This document shows positions 1-11,700 of a DNA stretch of 64,000 nucleotides, in pieces. The stretch spans positions 12,833,133 through 12,897,132 of the forward strand of contig OZ037771.1 in NCBI GenBank assembly GCA_964035545.1, given 5' to 3'. The notes under the pieces are model-generated. The model was not told the origin of the DNA. It searched no databases and saw only the letters and a list, made by a program, of their open reading frames with translations. Made by a program: the position numbers and the translations under genes. This DNA comes from Bugula neritina (Eukaryota; Animalia; Bryozoa). Every line of letters starts with the position of its first letter. Positions within the stretch are counted from its first letter, which is position 1.

Positions 1-3000
1 CCCATGAATAACCAGCAAATGCCTATGAATAACCAGCAAATGCCTATGAATAACCAGCAAATGCCTATGAATAACCAGCAGATGCCTATGAATAATCAGC
101 AAATGCCTATGAATAATCAGCAAATGCCTATGAATAACCAGCAAATGCCCATGAATAACCAGCAAATGCCCATGAATAACCAGCAAATGCCGACAAGCCA
201 ACAGATTGGCCCCAACCAACAAATGGGGCCCAACAAACAACTGTCAAATAACCAAAAACAGGGTCCTAATCAGCAGATGCCACTGAACCAGCAAATGGGT
301 CCCAATCAACAAATGCCGATGAACCAGCAGATCGGTCCCAATCAACAAATGCGCATGAACCAGCAAATGGTTCCTAATCAACAGATGCCGATGAACCAAC
401 AAATGGGTCCTAAACAACAAATGGGTCCCAATCAACAGATGCCAATAAACCAACAAATGGGTCCTAATCAACAGATGCCCATGAACCAGCAAATGGGTCC
501 AAATCAACAGATGCCAATGAACCAGCAAATGGGTCCCAATCAACAAATGCCCATGAACCAGCAAATGGGCCCTAATCAACAGATGCCAATGAACCAACAA
601 ATGGGTCCTAATCAACAGATGCCGATGAACCAACAAATGGGTCTCAACCAACAAATGCCCATGAACCAGCAAATGGGACCCAATCAACAGATGCCAAATC
701 AGCGAATGCCTATTGGCCAGCAGATGCCAATGAACCAACCTATGGCTATGAATGCACAGCAAATGCCTATGAATATGTTAAGAATGCCCATGAACCAGCA
801 AATGGGGCAGCAACGGGTTATGAATCCACAGCAGATGTCTATGAATATGGGAATGCCTTTTAATCAAATGCAGCCACTGAACCAGCAGCAAATGATGCCA
901 AATCAACAACGCATGCCCTTCAATAAACTTTTACCACCTAACCAAATGATGGGTCAAAATAAAAATACACAGATGTCACAAAAAGCTTCCCCTGCTAAAA
1001 ATCCAAATGCTTCACGCAGCAGTAATGTAGATGACTCTCCAAGTCGCAAGGAAAATAATATGCAACAGAGCAAGTCTGGTAGTGCCGAAAATGACAGCCT
1101 AGTTGATAAAACACAAAAGAAGTCATCAAAAAAGAAATTCCCTCCTGCCAGAGTAGCCAACCCCAATACTGAACTATTGCGCCAACTCAACCTTGATTAT
1201 GCCAAAGAAATAAATGCTACGAAGCCTGAAACAGGCGATCCTAGAAAGCCGGGAGATACTGAAACTCCTGGAACGGGAAACATCGACACATCAAAAGCTG
1301 GGGAAACTTCCGGGAAGCCGAAAGACGTTGCCATGGTCAAAAGTCACATTCCAAGAAATCGTGGTCCTCAGGTAAGTTTGAACGAAATCTGTTCTGTGAT
1401 CACAACGTTAGTTTTCGAACTTCTCTGCTATCTTACGACCCAAAGTGGCAATTTTGTTTTTATGTCCCTAAAAAGCACAAATAGGTCTGTTCCTTTCTCG
1501 TAATGGGTGCTTTCGCGAATTGGCTAGTTGTTATTAACTACCAATACCAATTATACTTGGTACAAATATATCAAAATTCCAACATCAATGGCAGTAATAT
1601 CAATAATACTAATATCGATGATATATATAACTTATAATGTAAGCTAGGCTGCTGTTGATATGCTTACAGAAAGTTTATTTGCTATATTTATAATGCTTTG
1701 AAAAACCTTAATCGTTTGCCTGTCCTCTTATTGATCTTATTTACTTGCTAACACTGATATATAAAAAATATTTGTAACTTGTATTGAAACCAGCGCCATC
1801 TATCTGTATTGTAGACATACGTGCTGTTTCCACAGAGGCTAGAAATTCTTGCCACTTTATCGGAGTTCCCCATGGACGCGTATTGTGAGGTAAGCACTTG
1901 CTTATAGTCTCATCATGACTGTATCAATCAGTGGATGAACATTAGACCTACACTGTCCCTCTCCTGGTATATGTGCTTTAACTGTTGTTCCTTTCTACAG
2001 CTCTGTCCTGATGAGCCATTCTTTCAGAACATCATCGAGTGGGCGCGGCATATCAATACTATTCCTCACATGCAGGTTGGTATACTATAACTTGTTGGCT
2101 GTAGAATAGTTCTTCTGCTGATGTCAAATGTGTTGTGAAACGTTAAGTAAACTTTCAACTAACACCAGATCTGAGCTCTCAAACCTTTTAACGGTTAATA
2201 TTTGACACTTTCTGCATTATTCTAGGCGTTATTCTTCTTTGCCATCTCAAAGGAAGGTCCAGTGGCCAAGCAGTTGCATGTAAGTACAAAGTACTCGCGT
2301 GTGTAGCTAGTGATAGTCACTACTACGTACATCATATTGTGGTTTGTGATACCCATTAGTCTTTAGTAATATCATCTTGTAATAACATGATGTCATTCTA
2401 CATCTGTGCAGAGTATTTGCAAGCTGTTTTATAAATCAGCAACTTTGTGAATAATCTGGAGTTGTATTCCCTTATAGAAATCCTTCACCATTCCGATCCG
2501 TAACCACGCTCAGAATAAGTACGGTATTTGTGAGGTACGTATTCACCCGACATGTTCATACGAAGCCTGTGTCAGCCTGTATAATGTAGCCTTCTTGTTC
2601 ATACTAAGTACAGTTTCTATCTTGCGACGCGTGTGTAGCCCCCCCCATACAATGAGTAGTGAATCTGTAGGAAACTCAGCCAATCTATTTCTGTTTATAG
2701 ACTTGTGTGATCCTCAACTCTGAATATAATATGGGACTTCATGTCAAGGCCAAGAAGCACATCACCACATTGAAGGTTAGTTTCTCACCAGTCTGTCTGT
2801 CTCACCAGTCTGTCTGTCTGTGTGTCTCACGCTGTCTGTCTGTATGTCTCACCAGTCTGTCTGTATGTCTCACCAGTCTGTCTGTATGTCTCACCAGTCT
2901 GTTTGTCTGTCTCGCTATTTATTCAGCGTAGTTTGAAGTAGTCTTACAGAATATGTAGAATAGTACACCTTTATTACAGTTTAATAATTCAACTTGCAAT

Positions 3001-5213
3001 TGTTATCTGATGAATATTGTTTTATATAACTTGTACATTTCTGTGTTGCATGATAATTATTAACATTTTACACCGTCACTTGTTTGTATTGCATTGCACT
3101 GGTATAGCAATAAACCTATTAACTATTTCACAGGGAGTTGCCCGCACAATGAGGGCTAGCGGAGGCTGGTTGGAGAAGCAGATGTCTGTGAGAGACAATG
3201 ACTTCTGGAATGTTCAGGTATACTTTGTCTCATCAGTTCAAGTGTAGAGGCTGTTGCCACTCTCTAACCCAGTCGCCAGTTCCGCCACCTTTAGAAATGT
3301 ATTTAATGGAAACGCTATTGTCTGTAGGTGAAGCCACAAGTTGCTGCTAGTAATCCGGTTGTTATAACCGCAGCCACTTCTCCAGTGGAATATGATGCTA
3401 AGACAGGAAGTTCAACAGCTGACCTGGTTAGTTTTATTAGTATACTGGACTAGCTTGACCATACGGCCCGGCTGGTGTAGTGTAAGCTGAGTTAGTGTAG
3501 TGTAAGCTGAGCTAGTGTAAGCTGAGCTAGTGTAAGCTGAGTTAGTGTAGTGTAAGCTGAGTTAGTATAGTGTAAGCTGAGTTAGTGTAGTGTAAGCTGA
3601 GTTAGTGTAAGCTGAGTTAGTATAGTGTAAGCTGAGTCAGTGTAAGCTGAGTTAGTATAGTGTAAGCTGAGTCAGTGTAAGCTGAGTTAGTATAGTGTAA
3701 GCTGAGTTAGTATAAGCTGAGTTAGTGTAGTGTAAGCTGAGTTAGTGTAGTGTAAGCTGAGCTAGTGTAAGCTGAGCTAGTGTAAGCTGAGTTAGTGTAG
3801 TGTAAGCTGAGTTAGTATAGTGTAAGCTGAGTTAGTGTAGTGTAAGCTGAGTTAGTGTAAGCTGAGTTAGTATAGTGTAAGCTGAGTCAGTGTAAGCTGA
3901 GTTAGTATAGTGTAAGCTGAGTTAGTATAAGCTGAGTTAGTATAGTGTAAGCTGAGTTAGTATAGTGTAAGCTGAGTTAGTATAGTGTAAGCTGAGTTAG
4001 TATAGTGTAAGCTGAGCTAGTATAGTATAAGCTGAGTTAGTATAGTGTAAGCTGAGTTAGTGTAGTGTAAGCTGAGTTAGTATAGTGTAAGCTGAGTTAG
4101 TGTAGTGTAAGCTGAGTTAGTATAGTGTAAGCTGAGTTAGTGTAAGCTGAGTTAGTGTAAGCTGAGTTAGTGTAAGCTGAGCTAGTGTAAGCTGAGTTAG
4201 TGTAGTGTAAGCTGAGTTAGTGTAAGCTGAGTTAGTGTAGTGTAAGCTGAGTTAGTATAGTGTAAGCTGAGCTAGTGTAAGCTGAGTTAGTATAGTGTAA
4301 GCTGAGCTAGTGTAAGCTGAGTTAGTATAGTGTAAGCTGAGCTAGTGTAAGCTGGTAGGAAGTGATATGGGGACGTAACTAGTCTACTTCGTGTTTGTTT
4401 CTAGTTTGACCTGAAGGATCCCCAGATTGGTTTCCTCCATTCTATCCTCACTGGGGTTGTCAGCATCTCTTCTTATAAGAAGATGAAGGTATGTCCTCTA
4501 CACATATTCGTGGGAGTAAGCCTATTAATATATATCTGTTGTTCATTACTTGGCACTGTTCTAATACATTGCATGCGGGCTGTAGGCAACACAGACTGTG
4601 CCCCAGCACATTGAGGATAATGCAAAGAAGGAACAACGGGCTATGATAGTAAAGATGTGCACCACGACTGGCCACCTGGTCATTAGCATTGCTAGGTGAG
4701 CTTTCAGTATACTCTAATGTTATGTACTTGTATATAATATACTCTTGTGTATAATATAGTATAATGTAATATACTTGTATGTAGTATAATGTAATGTGCT
4801 ATTTTATTTTATTATACTTTCTTATCTTGCTCGCCTAGACAGCTGCAAGGCTACCCGTGCAGGACTACATACTAATATGCTATAATGTAATATAATATTA
4901 TACTCTAATGTAATATAATGTACTTCAACACTCTCATGTTACATGATATGCTCCTATATTATATACTTCGATATAGCATATTATACTCTAATACTATTGT
5001 GCAGTATTTGTATCAGCACTGTGAGCTGTCTACTATACAATGTTTACCTGTGCACCGTGTAGGCGAGTCATAGAGAGAGAGGTGAGAGCCAAGATACTGG
5101 AGTACTACCCGGAAGTTACCCCACAGCTGATAGATATCATAGCCGGTCTGCAGCCAGATATCCTCAAACTGATAGCCAGCACACCAATTCTCGACTCACC
5201 CCCTCCTATGTGA
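1..5213 (+). CDS. Uncharacterised protein: Q/M/P/N-rich repeat region plus two matrin/U1-like C2H2 zinc fingers (5' partial, 11 exons in window)
   Basis: Frame is open from base 1 to a donor at ~1371 (NNQQMPM and NQQMGP/NQQMPM repeats). Phase-compatible GT-AG exons follow at ~1836-1889, 2001-2075, 2226-2279, 2478-2534, 2701-2775, 3134-3217, 3329-3426, 4405-4488, 4586-4695 and 5063-5213 (…ILDSPPPM*). The splice product contains CELC-x14-H-x5-H and CETC-x11-H-x5-H (…LHVKAKKH). Confidence 0.75.
2789..2912. repeat. CTCACCAGTCTGTCTGT(ATGT) tandem repeat
   Basis: Visible tandem units just downstream of the donor at 2776. Confidence 0.9.
3475..4354. repeat. Minisatellite of mixed 15/20-bp units GTGTAAGCTGAGTTA(GTRTA), ~880 bp
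   Basis: Fills most of an intron of gene 1. Confidence 0.97.
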
Positions 5214-5785
5214 ATATGTAGCCCCAGTGGAAACTCAACTATGTTGTAGATATTTGTATTTACACTGCTTATATAGTTTACTACTCTTTTATAGTAATTA
5301 GTTATTGTGTCACGTTAAGCCAACACTGACTTTCCTAGTGATTTAAACATTCATGTTGCACTGCATCAAAATGACACAAATTTCTCCTTCACCAATGATG
5401 TGGCAATACAAAGTTCATCAGATGATGCATGTGATCTTGAATGTTGTATTCATAGGTTTTAGTAAGATTTGTACTCTTTCAATGAATATTATATTGTATG
5501 GGTTTTTGTATAAAGTTTATATTGTGGCTAAAATATAGAATTGGTTACTTTTCTCGGCAACCTTCATTGCTGATGAGTGTTGATTATCAATAAATACACA
5601 TACTATAAAAGACTGAAAACAATGTGACAATTCAGAAAACTAAGTGCATAAAGACTGCAAAATACTAAATAGGAGTTGTCTACTCGTAAAACTTGAATTC
5701 GGCTTATCTGAGCCTGCAGCAACTATCAGTAACTGGACGGTGGGCTCTGGCATGCTGTTCGCTTATATTAAAATGCTTTGTAGTC

Positions 5786-8700
5786 TTAGTTGAAGTCATG
5801 GAGGTAATGGAGAATCTGAAACTCCACAGTCCTGCAACAGCAATCATTGGCCTCAGTTCATAACAAAGTAAGAGTAAGTGGGAAGGGGGCTAGACTAATT
5901 TCATTTCATTTTCAACGATAATAAAAGACTAGTGACTAAGAATTACAAAAAATTACAGCAAATTATTTTCAGTCTAATGCCTTCAGTATTTTTTTGCTGC
6001 ATTTCATTGAATGACTACATCATATTATACTTTATGATATTAGAACTATAGGAAACTGCAAGTATTTCATTGGTCACTCACCTGGAGACGCTCTGAATAA
6101 ACTCCAGGGTTGCAAGGCATTTATATTTGGGAGAATCAAACTGTGACTCGCCACTAACGGTTGCTAAGAGTTGCAGAGAAACCAAATTACTAATCTGCAA
6201 TATAAACATATCTACAGCATAAACATATCTACAATGTAAACATATCTACAATGTAAACATATCTACAATATAAACATATCTACAATATAAACATATCTAC
6301 AATGTAAACATATCTACAATGTAAACATATCTACAATGTAAACATATCAATAGCATAAACATATCTACAATGTAAAAAAATTTACAGTGAAAACTAATCT
6401 ACAGTAAACACATTTACAGTGTGAACACATTTACAGTATGAAATAGTCAATAATAGCTATTCCTATAATAGACCATGTAAAACTCAGCCAATCAGCGAAG
6501 TGTACCAGGTCAATGTCTTACCATTGTAACTGATATAAAATTCTGCAAGTTCAATTGCAAAATGCATGCTTCTAAAAGCTAGTTGTGCAACTTTTTTTTC
6601 ATGCATTATTTAATTTCATATCTTAAATTGATGACTCTTGAAATGATTTTTTAAAATGTCTAAATTAAGTGTTTATAAAACGCAAATAAAAATTGCATGT
6701 CTAGAAAAATGACCTGGTACACTTTTGCAACTTAAGGCCAATTATTACATAACTGCCAGCTTAGTAGTTATTTGTTGTTGCAGCTTGAATGGGTTATTGT
6801 TTAGCATTGGAAGCTTGCAGTAAACATCTGTGAATTTGGTACATGACTTTGATTGGCTGGTTTTTGAATGGCCCTTTAGTATATGCATCTGGATGGCTGG
6901 GTAGTGTGGACTCCGCCTACATCTAGCTAATGTACAGTAGCCAATCCACAGTAGTATTACAAAATTTCTGTTTAACAAATGAAATATTCTGGTCATTTGT
7001 TTTGTACTTTACAATAGTAAATATTCTATTCAACTAGAATTTTATTGTATGTAAGCCATGGGAACTACTAAGAGGTTAAATCAACCACCCATGCTGGTAA
7101 TATTGTTGCTCGCAGTAATAGCAAGTCCACACCATATAAATATACACATAAGCTATTATGTACAGCTTATGAATGCTGAAATGACCCCATTTCTTACTTT
7201 CAATTTGAAAAAAATTGTATTACATATTCTGCCACTTCTGCACCAAGAATTTGTTTTCCTTTTAAATTTTGAAAATAGTAGTCAGTTTCTGCAGCAGTCA
7301 ACTGCATCCACAATAAACAACGTAAGCTTTCAAATAAACTATAAATATATGAAATATTAGTGTGGAAACAATGTAATTTAGTTCTTGCTATGATGAAAAA
7401 TTACAAGAATATTATATTGTAAAAGCTAGATATAGATTTCTATAAAATGGCACAGGTAAAAATAACACATTTTTACTTGAAATTCTAAATTTCATCAGTC
7501 ACCAATGGTGGCTGTAGATTACAGAGAGCATAGCAGACTCATAATCATAAGGATGGTCAGCCCACTGAGCAAAATCCAACTCCAACCTTTCATTTGGGTT
7601 ACCAACGCACTAAAGCATATAATGTAAGACAAACAAAAAACAGTGGTTTTAATGAAACATGTGAAGGAAGCGAACAGAAAACGTTATCAACAGAGTCAGC
7701 TGATATAGAGCAACAGAACTCATCTGACAGCCATCCTCATAGTCAGACTTCCTCAGAAGTAACTGAGTTACCAGAATCATCAACTACTCAGAAAAAAAGA
7801 TCTGCACATTCTATTGATAGACGAAAATCAAAAGTTGGAAGAAAAGGCTCAAAAAGATCCACGTTTAAACAAAAAGCAGCTATTGAAAAAGTAAAAGTTT
7901 TTAAAACTTTCACCACCACAGATGAGCAAACTAAATTCTATACTGGAATACCTACACGTTCTCTATACTATTTCTTAGCAAGGTGAAAATTATGATTTTC
8001 TTATTGCAAAGATAAACTATGGTTTATTACAAATAAACAATGCAAGTCTCACTATGCTAAAATTTCTACATTGATTAAATTTGATGTGTAGTAAAACTGT
8101 CATTTTAATTAAATTTGTTGCAGTGTGAGTACATCATTCATACATTTTTTATTAAAGATGTTGTTTTATGTAAGATATTCATAAATACCACAGTGGTCAT
8201 CTGTATGCTTTGACTTATTTAGTTTAGGGTTTTATTTAAACAAGCAGCAGTATTTTATTTGAGGACAAATTGACTCACTTTCTTTAGGAAAAGTAAATTG
8301 TTTTGACTTAAATTTTCCTTGGTTATTTTAAAGCTTATCAAAAGTGGCCTCCTAATCTAATTTTTAGCTGAAACTAACTCAGTGTTTAAAACTAAAATGG
8401 TTTACACTTGTTACTAGTTTCACTTATTCAGAAACATTATTAAATGCTATTCTAGAAATAATATGGGTTTGAATTAGTTATAGTATAATTATAAAATGAA
8501 GTAATAATTGTTTGTCCACAGTATTTGTTTAAACTCATAACTTCATTCAAAGCATGTATTCATACAACTAGCTTACCATGTACTGTTACAGTATTATGTA
8601 ACACATGTTGACACACATTACATTCTGTTTGGATGGTGATATATTCAGTCAAGCCTTCAGCTAGCAGTTCTTGAACTTCATAGTTGTTGCAAAATATAAC

Positions 8701-11700
8701 TGAAGCTACTTACCAGAGTGTAAAAACTGCTGAATGAATACAAACTAAGCACAAAATTTATTTAGCACATACAATATAATTTGAATCATAATTTAATTTT
8801 CATTCTTTATTTTCTATATTTAGATTTATATGTCCGAAGATGAAAGTTCTTATTCTCCAAAAAAAGTTAACAAGACAAGATGAACTTTTATTGGCTTTGA
8901 TGAAGCTGCGTCAAGGTTTACAGTTTCAAATACTTGCTGGCCTTTTTTATATCTCTAGATTGCTAGCAAGCAAAACCTTCAAAAACACATTAGATATTTT
9001 AGCAAGAGAACTGAACAATCTAATAGTTTTTCCAACAAGAGAGAAGCTGAACATCCCTCTGAGCTTTCAAAGCCAATATGCTACTATATATTTATAGTTT
9101 ATTTGAAAGCTTACGTTGTGGATGTTGACTGCTATAGAAACTGACTACTGTTTTCAAAATTTAAAAGGAAAACAAGTTCCTGGTGCAGAAGTGGCAGAAT
9201 ATGTAATACAATTTTTTTCAAGTTGAAAGTAAGAAATGGGGTCATTTCAGCATTCATAAGCTGCACATACTAGCTTATGTGTATATTTATACAGTGTGGA
9301 CTTGCTATTACTGCGAGCAACAATATTACCAGCATGGGTGGTTGATTTAACCTTTTAGTAGTTCCCATGGCTTACATACAATAAAATTCTAGTTGAATAG
9401 AATATTTACTATTGTAAAGTACAAAACAAATGACCAGAATATTTCATTTGTTAAACAGAAATTTTGTAATACTACTGTGGATTGGCTACTGTACATTAGC
9501 TAGATGTAGGCGGAGTCCACACTACCCAGCCATCCAGATGCAAATACTAAAGGGCCATTCAAAAACCAGCCAATCACAGTCATGTACCAAATTCACAGAT
9601 GTTTACTGCAAGCTTCCAATGCTAAACAATAACCCATTCAAGCTGCAACAACAAATAACTACTAAGCTGGCAGTTATGTAATAATTGGCCTTAAGTTGCA
9701 AAAGTGTACCAGGTCATTTTTCTAGACATGCAATTTTTATTTGCGTTTTATAAACACTTAATTTAGACATTTTAAAAAATCATTTCAAGAGTCATCAATT
9801 TAAGATATGAAATTAAATAATGCATGAAAAAAAAGTTGCACAACTAGCTTTTAGAAGCATGCATTTTGCAATTGAACTTGCAGAATTTTATATCAGTTAC
9901 AATGGTAAGACCTTGACCTGGTACACTTCGCTGATTGGCTGAGTTTTACATGGTCTATTAAGAGAAACATGCAATTTATATATAATCTAACATACTAAGG
10001 TCACACGGACAACATGTGGGAAACCGTCTAGCCGAAATTGGGCTGTTTGTGGGTTTTCATGCAAGTAACATGCTGAGCGGGAAGGGCAGAGAGCTCATGC
10101 GGGTTTGATCTAATTGCTTGATTACTATTGAGCTCACTTTTTAATTTCAATTCAAGTTTTAATTTTTAGCAAACCGAATTAAAACAGTTTCATAATATCG
10201 AAAGACACTTTGCCGATGATGTAGATTGAAAAGCAAACATCTGTATGCAAACAGTGAAGCTAGACTCCAAGATCATTAGCTAATAAATTTCCACACCCAC
10301 AACCCATGCATTGTGTGTGGCAGGCCGTTCCTTGAACGGGTTTTCAAAAACTTGAACCCACATGCAGAAAACCTGCGTCGTGTGGCCCTACGATAATGTG
10401 TTTAGCTAGGAGATACCACTCAAGGAAAGACAACTCTCAAACCGTGAAAGTATATACTGTGAACTTACTTGTGTGTAGAGATGGGTGGTGGGCATAACTT
10501 TACCTTCCACAATAGAATAGAATATAGCCATCAGTCTATCTAGCTGAAACTGTTTAGGGCCGACGATTTGGTTACTCGTCTGCAAGAGAGTTGAAGGAGA
10601 CTCAGGCTTTCAGTAAGAACCCTATGGTGAACTAGGCCAACTTTTTGAAGTTATTTCTCACTGGCGGTCATTTTATTGTGTTAACAATTACACCTCTACA
10701 TCAAACTACATCATTTTGCGATATAACAAAACCTGCCCACTGGCACATATTTGTGACAAGTGGCTCTATTTAGGAACTAGGACTGCACTGTAGGCACAGC
10801 TTTGCATATTTCACCAGATACCCTCACCTGTAACGGTTGATTGGTTTTAATGAGAAACTAAACACAAGCTGAGGCAAACTATTGCTACTATTGTGAAATA
10901 GACTTACTCTATCGGGATTCTTTGTGAGGGTCCGCTTTCTAAGTCTCCCACAATTCTGTTAACATAAATACAATTTATAATACTTCTACCACCCTTGACA
11001 TAGCAGAGGGTTTAAGTCTCAAAAATATCTCAAAGCTTCGAAACTGGAAGTTATAAAGCTTATTAGAGAAAAGTCAAAACTTAATTACAATTGAGTTTCA
11101 GATTTAAATCGCTTCAATATATGGCCATTCCCTGAAGGCTAGTATTTGGCACAAAAACTATACACTGGTATGACGGCTATTCCCAACCTACATGAGTATA
11201 TTACTTTCTCTTGTATAATAATGTATGTGTGAAAATGACTTCAATAGGAGTCTGTATGAGTGAACATGACTTCAATAGAAGTCTGTATGTGTGAACATGA
11301 CTTCAATAGAAGTCTGTATGAGTGAACATGACTTCAATAGAAGTCTGTATGTGTGAACATGACTTCAACAAAAGTCTGTATGTGTGAACATGACTTCAAT
11401 AGAAGTCTGTATGAGTGAACATGACTTCAATAGAAGTTTGTATGTGTGAACATGACTTCAATAGAAGTCTGTATGTGTGAACATGACTTCAATAGAAGTC
11501 TGTATGTGTGAACATGACTTCAATGGAAGTCTGTATGTGTGAACATGACTTTAGTGCAACTCTGTACGTGTAAACAGGTCTTTACTGGTCAGCGCCAGTA
11601 AAATGCATATTATTATGAAATTCGTGTGGCCCCGGAATACCGACCTTCACGAAAAATTTCCTGTCTGACTTGGCTGGATTGTAGGACGCGAGGTAAGCTG

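Noticed and set aside
244-762. 172-aa minus-strand HLL-repeat ORF
   Set aside because: Antisense shadow of the gene 1 repeat region.
11222-11575. Regular repeat arrays (also 47647-48099 and 49243-49732) as possible CRISPR arrays
   Set aside because: Head-to-tail units with no unique spacers, inside eukaryotic introns, and no cas genes.
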